Positions 10,005-20,299 of a stretch of DNA of 64,000 nt are shown here, one piece after another. A program made the translations under genes and the position numbers. The stretch covers positions 110,251 to 174,250 of the forward strand of contig CBEUCJ010000005.1 of NCBI GenBank assembly GCA_965541615.1. The letters are read 5' to 3'. Under the pieces are notes generated by a model. That model did no database searches. It was not told the origin of the DNA and saw nothing but the letters and a program-made list of their open reading frames with translations. Source of the DNA: an uncultured bacterium. Lineage in GTDB: Bacteria; Omnitrophota; Gorgyraeia; Duberdicusellales; CBEUCJ01. Position 1 is the first letter of the stretch. Each line of letters opens with the position of its first letter.

Positions 10005-11912
10005 TCATTTTATATTAATCACATCTAAAATTAAAGCTACTCTTCCATCACCCAAAATTGTAGCACCTGCTATACCTTTTATTTTTTTTATATATGCACC
10101 TAAAGGTTTTACTACTATATCTTGTTCTCCTATTATTTCATCTACTACTAAACCTATTCTTTTTATTCTGCTTTCAACTATTACTACAGAAAGCTCCTTT
10201 CTTTCAGTAGAAAAACCTATTCCAAATTCTTCATTTAGATTAACTAAAGGTATAACTTCTTCTCTTAAAGTTATTACTTTATTGGCACCGATTAATTTTA
10301 CATTATCTTTAGGGATCTTTATTACTTCTTTTATGTTCATCAAAGGAATAGCATAAACCTCTTTACCGACACCTACCAGCATAGCTTTTATAATAGCTAA
10401 AGTTAAAGGTAAAGTAAGCTGAAATTTAGAACCTTTTCCTGGTTGAGTTTCTAAGTCTATCCTTCCTCCTAAAGCATCTAACTTTGCCTTTACCACATCT
10501 AAACCTACTCCTCTTCCTGAGACATCAGTGACCTTTTCTTTTGTAGAAAACCCAGGCATAGTTAATATTTCTAAAATTTGAGAAGGTTCTATTTTTAAAG
10601 CTTCTTCTTGGGTAATCAAACCTTTTTCAACAGCTTTTTCTATTACTTTTTTGAAATCTATTCCTCTACCATCATCACTGATTTCTATTATTACATGCCC
10701 CTTTTCTCTCCAAACTTTTATAGAGATCTTTCCCCTAGAAGGTTTTCCCTTCTTAATTCTTTCAGAAGGAGGTTCTATTCCGTGATCGATAGCATTTCTT
10801 ATTAAATGGACTAAAGGGTCTCCAATCTCATCTAAAATAGCTCTATCTAACTCTATGTCACTTCCTGCAATCTCTAAATCTACCTCCTTTCCTTCTTTTT
10901 TTGCCAAATCTCTAACTATCCTGGGGAAATTATCTAATATGTAAGAGATAGGTAACAATCTCATTTTTAAAGTCTCATCCTGTAAAGAAGATACTAATCT
11001 ATCTACTAAATAGACTGAATCTTCTAATAAAGAGTAATCTCTGTCTTGAGTAATTTGAATTAACCTACTTTTAGCAATAGCTAACTCTCCTACAAGATTT
11101 AAAATCTTATCTAACCTTTCTACAGGTATCCTCATACTTTGAATCTTCTTAAATTGAACTACAGAAGGTCTTTCTTTTTCAGTTATCTTTTCTTCATAAT
11201 GAAAAATTTTTATATCTTCTACATCAGTTATTTTTAAAAGTTTACTTTTAATAAAATCTTCTTTTAAAGAGGTAGCTATAATCACTTTAAAAGGAAATTC
11301 TACTTTACCCTCTTTTAAAGCTTCTTTGGAAGGAATGCTTTTTATCACTTCTCCTAAAACTTTAAGATGATTTAAGATAATAAAAGCTCTAGCACTTTTT
11401 AAAGGAGTATCTTTCTTCAAATACACTTCTACAAGAAATATATTTTTCCCTTTATTTTTAAACCTTAGTAATTGCTCTTTGCTTATTATTCTTGTCTCTT
11501 TTTCTAACTTTTTTTCTTTTTCTCTCTTTTCTACTTTAGAAATAGCTTCTTTAAGTTTAGTTATATAGAGAGAAGTATCTACAGAAATAGGAGCTTCTTT
11601 TTTTAAGTCTTCTATAAGGGTGCTTATAACATCTACACTCTCAAATATCAAATCTATCATTTGGGAAGTTAGATTTGCTTTTTTTGATCTTAAAATATCA
11701 AAAATATCTTCTAAATGGTGAGCTAAATCTGCTAATTCTTTATATCCCATGGTAGCAGACATTCCTTTTAAAGTATGCATTAATCTGAATATCTCATTTA
11801 TGGTCTCCAAATCCGAAGGATTTTTCTCTAACTTTACAAGTTCTTTGTTTATCTTTTTTAAATACTCCTGAGACTCACTGAAAAATAATTCTTTGTAATT
11901 TTTATCCATCAT
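10005..11912 (-). CDS. cheA: chemotaxis histidine kinase CheA
   Basis: Hpt (HTLKGMSATMG), dimerisation, HATPase_c (DDGRGID, GRGVGLDVV) and C-terminal CheW-like domain. Confidence 0.9.
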   Translation of the reverse strand: MMDKNYKELFFSESQEYLKKINKELVKLEKNPSDLETINEIFRLMHTLKGMSATMGYKELADLAHHLEDIFDILRSKKANLTSQMIDLIFESVDVISTLIEDLKKEAPISVDTSLYITKLKEAISKVEKREKEKKLEKETRIISKEQLLRFKNKGKNIFLVEVYLKKDTPLKSARAFIILNHLKVLGEVIKSIPSKEALKEGKVEFPFKVIIATSLKEDFIKSKLLKITDVEDIKIFHYEEKITEKERPSVVQFKKIQSMRIPVERLDKILNLVGELAIAKSRLIQITQDRDYSLLEDSVYLVDRLVSSLQDETLKMRLLPISYILDNFPRIVRDLAKKEGKEVDLEIAGSDIELDRAILDEIGDPLVHLIRNAIDHGIEPPSERIKKGKPSRGKISIKVWREKGHVIIEISDDGRGIDFKKVIEKAVEKGLITQEEALKIEPSQILEILTMPGFSTKEKVTDVSGRGVGLDVVKAKLDALGGRIDLETQPGKGSKFQLTLPLTLAIIKAMLVGVGKEVYAIPLMNIKEVIKIPKDNVKLIGANKVITLREEVIPLVNLNEEFGIGFSTERKELSVVIVESRIKRIGLVVDEIIGEQDIVVKPLGAYIKKIKGIAGATILGDGRVALILDVINIK

Positions 11913-12523
11913 TAATACTCTATTGCTTTTAGGAGGAGTTCTAAGCCTGTAGGATTTGGTATGAGGAAGAAATGACCTGTTACTTTGGTCGTCTCTTCTT
12001 TAAATTCAGATTTTATAAGAAGAGCATACTTAGAGACATGGCTAAGTTCTATTAATATGTAATCTATCATAGCAGTAGCCATATCCTCTATTAACTCTGG
12101 AACTGCAGGCACCAAACCAAATCTTACAAACACAGATAAAGCTCCCATGTAAGCATTAGCTAAAATGATTCCTATTTCTTTTAAAGCTGACCGCTCTAAT
12201 TCAGTTATTACTCCTCCATTGGAAGGTTTTTTGTTAGTCATTAAAGAAGCTAAATTCAAAGCATCTTTCTGAGAAAAAATAAGCAAAATAACACTTGGTA
12301 AATCTCCTAAGATTCTTACTACTAATCCTACGACTAATTTATCTTCACCTACTACTTGGGGAACTCTTTCTATAGGAAGAAAATAAACTTCAGGTACAGT
12401 TATTTCAACTTTTTTGTTTACTAATTGACTTAAAGCTGTAGCTGCATTTCCTGCACATATGCTTCCAATTTCTTTTAAAGCATCCTTTTGAAATTGATTT
12501 ATGTTGAATATCTTGTCATTCAT
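11912..12523 (-). CDS. cheC: CheC-family chemotaxis phosphatase
   Basis: DALKEIGSICAGNAATALSQLV CheC signature. Shares a start/stop overlap with cheA at 11912. Confidence 0.7.
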   Translation of the reverse strand: MNDKIFNINQFQKDALKEIGSICAGNAATALSQLVNKKVEITVPEVYFLPIERVPQVVGEDKLVVGLVVRILGDLPSVILLIFSQKDALNLASLMTNKKPSNGGVITELERSALKEIGIILANAYMGALSVFVRFGLVPAVPELIEDMATAMIDYILIELSHVSKYALLIKSEFKEETTKVTGHFFLIPNPTGLELLLKAIEY

Positions 12524-12972
12524 ACTTTAAGAATAAAAGCTTCTTCTTTACACTCAGGAAAATAAACACAGTTTACACATTCACTCCAAATTTTTTGAGG
12601 AAGTTTTGTTTTTCTTATTTTTTTAAATCCTATTTTTTTAAAAAAATCTCCTATAAAAGTGAGCACAAAGATCTTTTTAACACCTAATTCCTTTGCTTCA
12701 TTAATGCAGGCTTTAACTAATTGTCTTCCTATACCTTTATTTTGATGATTTTTTTTCACTACCAATGATTTGATCTCAGCTAAATCTTGCCATCCTATTA
12801 TATGCAAAGCGCATGCGCCTATAATTTTTTTGTTCTTCTCATAAACCCAAAAATCTCTTATATTTTCATATATGTAGTTAAGAGATCTTTCTAATACTCT
12901 TTTTCTCTTTGCCCAGAAATTTATAAGAGAATAAATTTCTTCTGCATCTTTGAGTTTAGCTTTTCTTAACAT
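12520..12972 (-). CDS. GNAT-family N-acetyltransferase (ArgA-short-like, C-terminal Cys cluster)
   Basis: 150 aa. QNKGIGRQLV acetyl-CoA binding motif; CVNCVYFPEC tail. Embedded between cheW and cheC. Confidence 0.55.
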   Translation of the reverse strand: MLRKAKLKDAEEIYSLINFWAKRKRVLERSLNYIYENIRDFWVYEKNKKIIGACALHIIGWQDLAEIKSLVVKKNHQNKGIGRQLVKACINEAKELGVKKIFVLTFIGDFFKKIGFKKIRKTKLPQKIWSECVNCVYFPECKEEAFILKV

Positions 12973-12981
12973 AAGAAAATT

Positions 12982-13449
12982 TTACTGTGAAAGATTGGTC
13001 CTTTTAACTTCCTCTACCTCTTCTGGAGATAAAACTTTTGCTAAGTCAATAAGGATGAGGAGTCTATCATCCAATTTTCCTATTCCTTTTAAATACTCTT
13101 GCTTTATTTGTGTAGCTATAACTTCAGGTGTCTCTTTTACATTCTCTGAAGGAAGTTTTAATACTTCTGTGACTTCATCTACTATCATTCCTACAGTATT
13201 ATTATCTACTTCTACAACGATGATCCTTGTTTTCTCTGAACGAGGATTTGATTTTAGATTTAGTTTTTTTGCTAAATCTATTACTGCTAAAACTTGCCCT
13301 CTTAGATTTACGACTCCTTCAATAAATGAAGGAGCACGTGGAATAGGTGTAATTTGTATTAATCTTACAATCTCTCTTACTTGATTGATAGGGACACCAA
13401 ACTCTTCATTACCTATTTTAAATATAACTAATTGTAATTCTTCCTTCAT
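12982..13449 (-). CDS. cheW: chemotaxis coupling protein CheW
   Basis: FGVPINQVREIV...GVVNLRG CheW fold. GGGAGGAAG RBS directly upstream. Confidence 0.85.
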   Translation of the reverse strand: MKEELQLVIFKIGNEEFGVPINQVREIVRLIQITPIPRAPSFIEGVVNLRGQVLAVIDLAKKLNLKSNPRSEKTRIIVVEVDNNTVGMIVDEVTEVLKLPSENVKETPEVIATQIKQEYLKGIGKLDDRLLILIDLAKVLSPEEVEEVKRTNLSQ

Positions 13450-13688
13450 TTCTTACTTCCTCCCTATTAAAAAAGTTTTCAAACCTTTCTCTTTTAACTC
13501 CTTCTATTTTTTCACCTCCTTTTTCAAACTCCAAATCCCCCAAAGAACCTGTTCCTATTTGAGAAGTTTTTTTCTTTAAAAGTTTTAAAAAAATCTTCTT
13601 TACTCATCTACTCATTACCTTCTGCATGAAGAATACTTAACACTTTAGGCATATAACCTATCATTAAAACTCTTATAATCTTTTTAAA
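13450..13688 (-). pseudogene. decayed 5' fragment of a paralog of the lipoprotein gene at 21544-21954
   Basis: Minus-strand reading gives MIGYMPKVLSILHAEGNE*MSKEDFFK..., broken by stops. Nucleotide similarity to 21640-21950 is visible by eye. Confidence 0.5.
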
Positions 13689-13690
13689 AA

Positions 13691-13719
13691 ATTATCTCAA
13701 AATATTTTTCAATGGTCAA
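13691..13719 (-). promoter_or_regulatory. sigma-70-like promoter (TTGACC-17-GATAAT), duplicated copy of the promoter at 21972-22000
   Basis: rc of 13714-13719 is TTGACC; 17-nt spacer; rc of 13691-13696 is GATAAT. The surrounding ~45 nt are near-identical to 21966-22014. Oriented to transcribe into cheW. Confidence 0.5.
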
Positions 13720-13796
13720 GAATTTTAAATTATTAATGCTCCTTCCAAAAACATTAGTTTAATGTACTTTAACTCAGGAAATTTTTAAAAGCGAAT

Positions 13797-15440
13797 TTAT
13801 TCACTTTCTTTCAATTTAAATTTAGCTACACTTTCTTTCAATTCTGCTGCCAAACGGGCAAGATCTGTTGCTGAAGCAGTCATCTCTTCTATAGAAGCAC
13901 TTTGCTCCTCAATAGATGAAGAGGTTTGTTGAGCTGCACTAGCTGATTCTTCCGCTATACTAGCAACTTCCCCAACAGCAGTTTCTATTCTTTCCATTGA
14001 CTTAAGTTGCTGCTGACTGGCAACAGCAATTTCATTTATCATTGCTGTAATATGCTCCACTGAATCAATTATTTCATCCAGAGCTTGAGAGGCTTTATCT
14101 ACTGCATTCTTCCCTTCAGCAACCTCTTTAGAACCTGCCTCAGCTGAAGTCACTGCTTCTTGGGTCATAGCTTGTATATTCCTAATCAAGTTACTTATTT
14201 TTCCTGCTGCCTTGGCAGAACCTTCCGCCAGCTTTCGAATCTCCTCTGCTACAACTGCAAATCCACGTCCTGCCTCTCCTGCTCTTGCCGCCTCAATTGC
14301 AGCATTTAAGGCTAAAAGATTAGTCTGATCAGCGATAGAAACAACTGTTTCGTTAATCTCACTAATCTGCTGAGATTGTTGGTTCAAACTCTTAATTACT
14401 TCTGTAGTATTATTAACCACTTTAACGATCTCCTCCATTCTCTTAATAGTATCAGTAGTTGCCTTTTTACCTTCCTGAGCTCGCGTCGATGCCTGGTTGG
14501 AAGCAGTTGCCGCTTGCTGAGCATTAGATGCGACTTGCTTCATTGAAACAGCTGCCTCCTGAACAATTTTGGATATCTCCTCTGTCTTCTGTGCCTGAAC
14601 AGTTACCCCTTTCGATATTTGCTGAATACTATTGGTTATCTGCTGAGCAGAAGCATTTACTTCTTGGCTGGAACTGGAAAGCTCCTGGGAGGAAGTAGCT
14701 ACCTTATCAGCACTATTGCGAATTCGTAAAACCATATTATGTGTAGATTCAATAATTCCATTAAATGCCTCAGCTAACTTTCCAATTTCATCATGGCTGG
14801 TAACTTTTATCTTTCTTGTAAGATCAGCAGCCTGAGAAGCAATCTCCCTTGCAGTCTCGGTAATCACAGAAAGAGGTTTAACTAATAAAGTGGTAAAGAA
14901 AAAGATAAGCAAAGTCCCGATAATAATAATAACTATTCCCACCACAGTCAGATTTCTTATCAAGGCAGCGCGAGGTTCAGCTAAGAAATCATCTTCAAAA
15001 GCACTGGCAACAATAATCCAATCAAAATCTTTAAGATATTTATAACTGGCTATTTTATAAGTGTGCGTTTTGGGAGAAATATATCTTATCCTTCCTTCTT
15101 TCTTGGTAATAATCTCCTTAATATGTGGCTTATCTGCCCAATTCTCTCCCTGTGCTTTCTTATGTATTAATAAGTTCCCTTTTGAATCTACTATAAAAAT
15201 AAACCCTTGTTTTCCTATAACTATATCTTCATTACACAGCTTCTCAATTACATCATAATCCATATCTGGATTAGCTTTCAAAAAAGTATAAAATTGTTGC
15301 ACATAACTATCCAAGTCAGCTCTAACTGCTTCAAGAAGTGAACGTCGAGCAATGTTATAAGCAAACAATCCCACAATTAAAACAGCAACTATCAAAAGAG
15401 GAACAAATATGACTATCATCTTACTACGCACAGAATTCAT
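13797..15440 (-). CDS. mcp: methyl-accepting chemotaxis protein (two TM, small periplasmic sensor, HAMP, MA domain)
   Basis: MCP signalling-domain repeats ([15 protein letters not shown]...). GGAGGGG RBS at 15453-15459 favours ATG 15440 over the track's 15449. Confidence 0.85.
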   Translation of the reverse strand: MNSVRSKMIVIFVPLLIVAVLIVGLFAYNIARRSLLEAVRADLDSYVQQFYTFLKANPDMDYDVIEKLCNEDIVIGKQGFIFIVDSKGNLLIHKKAQGENWADKPHIKEIITKKEGRIRYISPKTHTYKIASYKYLKDFDWIIVASAFEDDFLAEPRAALIRNLTVVGIVIIIIGTLLIFFFTTLLVKPLSVITETAREIASQAADLTRKIKVTSHDEIGKLAEAFNGIIESTHNMVLRIRNSADKVATSSQELSSSSQEVNASAQQITNSIQQISKGVTVQAQKTEEISKIVQEAAVSMKQVASNAQQAATASNQASTRAQEGKKATTDTIKRMEEIVKVVNNTTEVIKSLNQQSQQISEINETVVSIADQTNLLALNAAIEAARAGEAGRGFAVVAEEIRKLAEGSAKAAGKISNLIRNIQAMTQEAVTSAEAGSKEVAEGKNAVDKASQALDEIIDSVEHITAMINEIAVASQQQLKSMERIETAVGEVASIAEESASAAQQTSSSIEEQSASIEEMTASATDLARLAAELKESVAKFKLKESE

Positions 15441-15548
15441 TATTCTCATAATCCCCTCCTTTTTAATCTATTTCCCAATATATACAACCAAAAATTTCCT
15501 TTCACAAATTTTGCATACAAATTCAATCTTTCTTATCAATAACAAATT

Positions 15549-17246
15549 TTATAATTCCTCCTCTCCTTTTACATAACTTACTGTAGGTAAACCTGCCTTC
15601 TTCCATGCATCTAATCCTCCCCGGATATAGGTTACATTTTTATAGCCCATCTCTTTTAATATTTTAGCAACAAGAATCGCTCTTTTTCCTGAAGAACAGG
15701 TAACGATTATTGGCGTTCGAGCATCATGAACTTTCTTTTTGATGTTAAAAGGAACTTTTCCTTGTTCAAGTAATAAGGAACCTTCAATTTTACCCAGGAG
15801 GGTATGTTCTATTGGTGTAGAAACATCAAGAATAACTGTGTTGGGGTCTTTATCTATTCTTTCTTTTGCCTCAAGAGGAGTTATTCCTTCACCTGCAACA
15901 GTTTTCGCTTCTTTTAAAAAGTCCTCAGGCGTTTTTCCCTGAGGTATATCTATTTTGTAATAGTAAGGAGAGATTATCACAGGATAACCTGCTTTTTTCC
16001 ATGCTGATATTCCTCCCTCTAAATATCTCACATTAGTATAACCCATCTGAACAAGATAACTACCTGCTATGGCTGCTCTCATTCCTTTTTCGCAATAGGT
16101 TATAATGGGGGTATTCTTGTTGGGAATTCTAGTCCTTGCATCAAAAATCAATCTGCCCAGAGGTATATCCAAACTTCCTTCAATAAACCCACTTTTATAC
16201 TCTGAACGCCTACGCACATCTACAAAAATAGCCTCTTTATTATCAAACTTTTTCTTTGCCTCTTGCACAGAGATACCCCTAACATATCTTTTAGCTTCAT
16301 TGGCGAAATCTTCACCCGTTTTGCCCTGAGGGGGTTCAACTTGAAGAAGATTTAGGGGCTTAATCTTTCTTTCCTCACCAGGCTCATATTTTTCTAAAGG
16401 TAAACCCGCCTTCTTCCATGCATCTAATCCTCCCCGGATATAGGTTACATTTTTATAGCCCATCTCTTTTAATACTTTAGCAATGAGAAGTCCTCTTTTA
16501 CCTTTTGTACAGGTAGTAATTATGGGGGTATTGGCATCAGGAAAATTTTTCTTCATAAAATCTGTAAAAACAATTTCTCCATAAGAAGTAATCACAGCTC
16601 CAGGAATTTTAAAGCCTCTTATAGCATGTTCTCTCCTTGTAGCCACATCAAGAATAACTGTATTGGGGTCTTTATCTATTCTTTCTTTTGCCTCAAGAGG
16701 AGTTATTCCTTTGCCTACAACAGCTTCTGCTTCTTTTAAAAAGTCCTCAGGTGTTTTTCCCTGAGGCATATCGATTGTCCCTACAAAAGATGAATGCATA
16801 ATAGGATAACCTGCTCTTTTCCAACCTAATATTCCTTCCTTCATATATCTCACATTAGTATAACCCATCTGGACTAACTGTGCAGCAGCTATTGCCGACC
16901 TCTTTCCTTTTTTACAATAAGTTATAATAGGTGTATCCTTATTAGGAATTCTGAAGCGAGCATCAAAAATTACTCTTCCTGCAGGTAAGTCCAATCTTCG
17001 AAATAAATATCCATACTTAGCATACTCAGTATAAGGTCTTACATCAACAAAAAGGACAGTTTTATCTTTATCATATATTTGTTTTGCCTCTTCCACAGAT
17101 ATACCCTGAACATATCTTTTGGCTTCATTAACATAATCACTTCCTGATTTTCCTCGTGGTATCTCTACCTGAGCAAATAGGGAAATTAAGAAAAAACAAA
17201 GTGTAGTGATAATTAAACTGCTCAACACTATCTTCACTCTTCGCAT
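15549..17246 (-). CDS. secreted four-domain rhodanese-like sulfurtransferase
   Basis: Signal peptide, then four rhodanese domains with active-site Cys loops (YCKKGKRS, TCTKGKRG, YCEKGMRA, TCSSGKRA). GGGAGGTGAAGG RBS upstream. Internal 810-nt tandem duplication. Confidence 0.8.
   Translation of the reverse strand: MRRVKIVLSSLIITTLCFFLISLFAQVEIPRGKSGSDYVNEAKRYVQGISVEEAKQIYDKDKTVLFVDVRPYTEYAKYGYLFRRLDLPAGRVIFDARFRIPNKDTPIITYCKKGKRSAIAAAQLVQMGYTNVRYMKEGILGWKRAGYPIMHSSFVGTIDMPQGKTPEDFLKEAEAVVGKGITPLEAKERIDKDPNTVILDVATRREHAIRGFKIPGAVITSYGEIVFTDFMKKNFPDANTPIITTCTKGKRGLLIAKVLKEMGYKNVTYIRGGLDAWKKAGLPLEKYEPGEERKIKPLNLLQVEPPQGKTGEDFANEAKRYVRGISVQEAKKKFDNKEAIFVDVRRRSEYKSGFIEGSLDIPLGRLIFDARTRIPNKNTPIITYCEKGMRAAIAGSYLVQMGYTNVRYLEGGISAWKKAGYPVIISPYYYKIDIPQGKTPEDFLKEAKTVAGEGITPLEAKERIDKDPNTVILDVSTPIEHTLLGKIEGSLLLEQGKVPFNIKKKVHDARTPIIVTCSSGKRAILVAKILKEMGYKNVTYIRGGLDAWKKAGLPTVSYVKGEEEL
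15575..15960. repeat. tandem intragenic duplication unit (period 810 nt) within the rhodanese gene; partner at 16385-16770
   Basis: 15575-15670 vs 16385-16480 and 15835-15960 vs 16645-16770 are near-identical at nucleotide level. The protein is [Rhod-Rhod]x2. Confidence 0.7.
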
Positions 17247-17514
17247 CCTTCACCTCCCTTTTTCAAGAAAATAATATTAAACTTCTCTCTCTTTCTATTA
17301 TTCCTTTACCTGTCACCTCAACTCCTCGAAAATACTTCCGATAAACTCTATTTAAACTCTTTTCTTCCCAATTTACTAAACATAATTTAAACATATTAAA
17401 TCAATTATACTTTTTTTCCTACAATCATCAAACTATTAAATCAGGTACTATTAACAAAATTTTGAGTCAAAGTTCATTTTTCTTGCTGGCTTATCATCTC
17501 CTTCTTTTTAGAAA

Positions 17515-17544
17515 GATATAACCCTCTTTGCTTAGGCTGTCAAG
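17515..17544 (-). promoter_or_regulatory. candidate sigma-70-type promoter (TTGACA-17-TATATC) in the 426-nt gap upstream of the rhodanese gene
   Basis: rc of 17539-17544 is TTGACA; 17-nt spacer; rc of 17515-17520 is TATATC. Confidence 0.25.
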
Positions 17545-17672
17545 AATTTATACAAAGTTATTTTACAATGCCTGAAATTAGGTCAGAAAGTAAAGGCATC
17601 TGATTTAATACCACCTAATCATTTAGGGAAATACATCTTTTAAAAGCTTTGCCTCTATTGGATTGGAGAGTT

Positions 17673-19646
17673 TTAGGTTTTTTCTTCTACTTTAAATCTT
17701 TTTAATAACTCTTCTAATTCAGAAGTAGTGCTAACTAATTCCTGTGAAATAGAAGTCATCTCTTCAATACTAGCTGTTATCTCCTCTACAGAACTACTCA
17801 CTTCTTCTACACTTGAAGCATTCTGTTCAGCAACACTGGTTATCTCTTCTGCAGCTTGACTAACTTCATGAGTACTGGCTAACTGAAATTCAGCAGATTT
17901 TGCTATTTCTTCTACTTGTTGGGCTGTTTTTTCTGCAGCTTTTAATATTCTTTCTAACATCTCTTTTACTCTTTCAATTACTTTTTTTCCTTCCTCTACT
18001 TCTTTGTAAGCACTCTCCACAGAATTAACAGCTTCTTTTGTCTCTGTTTGAATATTCCGAATTAACTCTACAATTTGAACAGCTGCTTGTGCTGAATTTT
18101 CAGCTAACTTTCTTACTTCTTCTGCTACGACTGCAAATCCACGACCTGCTTCTCCAGCACGGGCAGCTTCAATTGCTGCATTTAGAGCTAATAAATTTGT
18201 CTGATCAGCAATTTTAGTTATTGTTTCTACGATCCTGCTAATCTCTTGAGAACGTTCACCTAACTTTCCTACAATATTAGAAATATTTACAGCTGTGCTT
18301 ACAATCTTATCTATCTTTTCTGCAGCTTCTAAAGAATTCTGCATTCCTTTTTGAGCTAACTCTTTTGTTTGATGAGAGCTTTGAGCTCCTTGAGTAGCTA
18401 AATCTGTCATTTGTTTTATGGAATTGACCATCTTTCCTATCACTTCTTTTGCTTCTTCTACTCTCTTAACTTGGACATTTGCTCCTTGACTTATCTGTTG
18501 GATAGTAGTTGAAACCTGTTGAGTAGAAACATTTACCTGTTGAGCTGAAGCACTTGAATTTTGTGCAAAGTTATTAACTTTTTCTGTAGTCTTTCTTACT
18601 TCTTTGATTATTTCACTTAGACTCTCTATCATCTTATTAAAAGCTGAAGCTAATCTGCCAATCTCATCTTTAGATTTTATTCTTATTTTTTGAGTAAGGT
18701 CTGATGTGGAAGCTACATTAAAAGCAAACTTCTCTAATGAGAGTAAAGGTTTTACCAATCCTTGAGAAAAAATATACCCTACAAAAGCACTACCTATTCC
18801 TACTACTCCTAAGATCACTGTTAAAACGAACCTCATCCTTTTCTCACTATTTATTAAAGGTTCAGCACTAATGCCTATTGCTATCTCAAAAGGAGTTTCT
18901 GCCTCTTTTAGAGAATATGTGAAAGGAGAAAAGTGAAAGGGTCTTTCTTTTATAGTAAAAAATCTTGTAGCTTTTTTATTTATGACTTCATCATATATTC
19001 TTTCAGTAACTTTCGTTTCAAAGAAACTAGCACAAATTAACTCTTTTTTATAAAAAATAGCTAACTCACTAAGAGTAGCTTGAGAAATCTTTTTAACAAA
19101 TTCTTCATCTAAAAATTCTCCTATACAAATTACTCCTATTATTCCTCCAGCTGTTTTTAGAGGGGCTGCTCCTTTTAATAAATATACTCCTCTTTCTTTT
19201 TCTATACCTATACTTAATTTTCCTTCTAAAGCTTGCTTTATAACATTTTGATATCCTAAATTTTCACCTATACTCTCAACATCATCTGTTCTGACTAAGA
19301 CTTCACCATCTTTTTTAATAATCTGCAAAGTATCTAATCCAATCTGTTTGTAGTAAGGAAGTAAAAGTTCAATTAAAGGTTTTCTGTCCTTTGTGTTAAT
19401 CGTGTATGTTACTGCATCTTGAATTTCAGTAATTTCAGTAAGTAAGTTTAGGTAATTTGTTAATTTCCTTTCAAATTCTTTAAAGGTAGTCTCTAAATAT
19501 TCATGTGCTTTTTCAATCTCTCTTTCTTGCTGTTTAAGAAGAGTATGTTTTAATTCTTTAGAAAAAATAAAAAAAATGATAAGGAGAGGAATTATTGCTA
19601 CAATAACTAATAATAGACCAATCTTATTTTTGAAACTTCTAAACAT
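17673..19646 (-). CDS. mcp: methyl-accepting chemotaxis protein with large (~250 aa, dCache-like) periplasmic sensor
   Basis: N-terminal TM, long periplasmic region, second TM, HAMP, MA signalling domain ([15 protein letters not shown]). AAGGAGGGG RBS upstream. Confidence 0.8.
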   Translation of the reverse strand: MFRSFKNKIGLLLVIVAIIPLLIIFFIFSKELKHTLLKQQEREIEKAHEYLETTFKEFERKLTNYLNLLTEITEIQDAVTYTINTKDRKPLIELLLPYYKQIGLDTLQIIKKDGEVLVRTDDVESIGENLGYQNVIKQALEGKLSIGIEKERGVYLLKGAAPLKTAGGIIGVICIGEFLDEEFVKKISQATLSELAIFYKKELICASFFETKVTERIYDEVINKKATRFFTIKERPFHFSPFTYSLKEAETPFEIAIGISAEPLINSEKRMRFVLTVILGVVGIGSAFVGYIFSQGLVKPLLSLEKFAFNVASTSDLTQKIRIKSKDEIGRLASAFNKMIESLSEIIKEVRKTTEKVNNFAQNSSASAQQVNVSTQQVSTTIQQISQGANVQVKRVEEAKEVIGKMVNSIKQMTDLATQGAQSSHQTKELAQKGMQNSLEAAEKIDKIVSTAVNISNIVGKLGERSQEISRIVETITKIADQTNLLALNAAIEAARAGEAGRGFAVVAEEVRKLAENSAQAAVQIVELIRNIQTETKEAVNSVESAYKEVEEGKKVIERVKEMLERILKAAEKTAQQVEEIAKSAEFQLASTHEVSQAAEEITSVAEQNASSVEEVSSSVEEITASIEEMTSISQELVSTTSELEELLKRFKVEEKT

Positions 19647-19709
19647 AAAATAGCTCCCCTTTCCCCTCCTTATTAGAATTTATTTTTGATATTTAAAAAA
19701 ATTTCTTAA

Positions 19710-20285
19710 TTACTCGATCCCTAAAACAGCTTTACAGTCTTTCTCAATCTTAGAGAACTTTCCTTCAATAAAGATTGAATTTTTTTCTTCAATAGCTTTA
19801 GCTAAAAGACCTCCTAAAAGTTCAGTAAAACTTTTTCTTATATCTCTGTCCACCTTAAAATTTCTTTTTTTAACGGCAGGAGAAACTAAAAGATAATCAA
19901 GATAGGCAAATTTTAATGTTTCTTTCAATTGATACAATCCTTTTGTATTTAAATTATTTAGCACTTCACTAAAAACATCTTTAATATCATAAAAAATCAA
20001 AGTGTAGATTGCCTCTCTGATCTTTTCTACATCTTTTGTAGCGACTGCATCTTCTATGAGTGTCTTTAAATCTTTGTTAAATTTACTTTTTATAGCATTC
20101 AGAATCTCTTCTAAAAGAGAGAGTGATTTTAAAATTTTTTTATAATTTCCTTCTTCCAAATAGGAAAGCATCTGTTGATAAACATATACAGGAGAAACTA
20201 CTGCTTCTTTTCTATAATTTTGGCTAAACAAGGAGGGGGAAGAAAGGAACACAATTAATCCTGCTATTAGTATACACTTTTTCAT
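19710..20285 (-). CDS. secreted helical protein of unknown function
   Basis: 191 aa. Signal peptide (MKKCILIAGLIVFLSSPSLFSQ). No recognisable catalytic motif. Confidence 0.4.
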   Translation of the reverse strand: MKKCILIAGLIVFLSSPSLFSQNYRKEAVVSPVYVYQQMLSYLEEGNYKKILKSLSLLEEILNAIKSKFNKDLKTLIEDAVATKDVEKIREAIYTLIFYDIKDVFSEVLNNLNTKGLYQLKETLKFAYLDYLLVSPAVKKRNFKVDRDIRKSFTELLGGLLAKAIEEKNSIFIEGKFSKIEKDCKAVLGIE

Positions 20286-20299
20286 TTTCCCCCTCCTTT

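Noticed and set aside
1170-16329. Short plus-strand ORFs antisense to annotated minus-strand genes (1170-1406, 2591-2785, 6751-6951, 8110-8295, 8574-8948, 10608-10805, 12950-13384, 15061-15258, 15739-15942, 16105-16329)
   Set aside because: They are fully embedded in better-supported genes on the opposite strand, and their translations are low complexity.
17247-17672. tRNA or other structured RNA in the 426-nt gap between the MCP and rhodanese genes
   Set aside because: There is no cloverleaf-compatible GC-rich stems and no conserved T-loop or anticodon-arm motifs. The only visible hairpin (cctaa-tcat-ttagg) is 5 bp, AT-rich and not followed by a U-tract.
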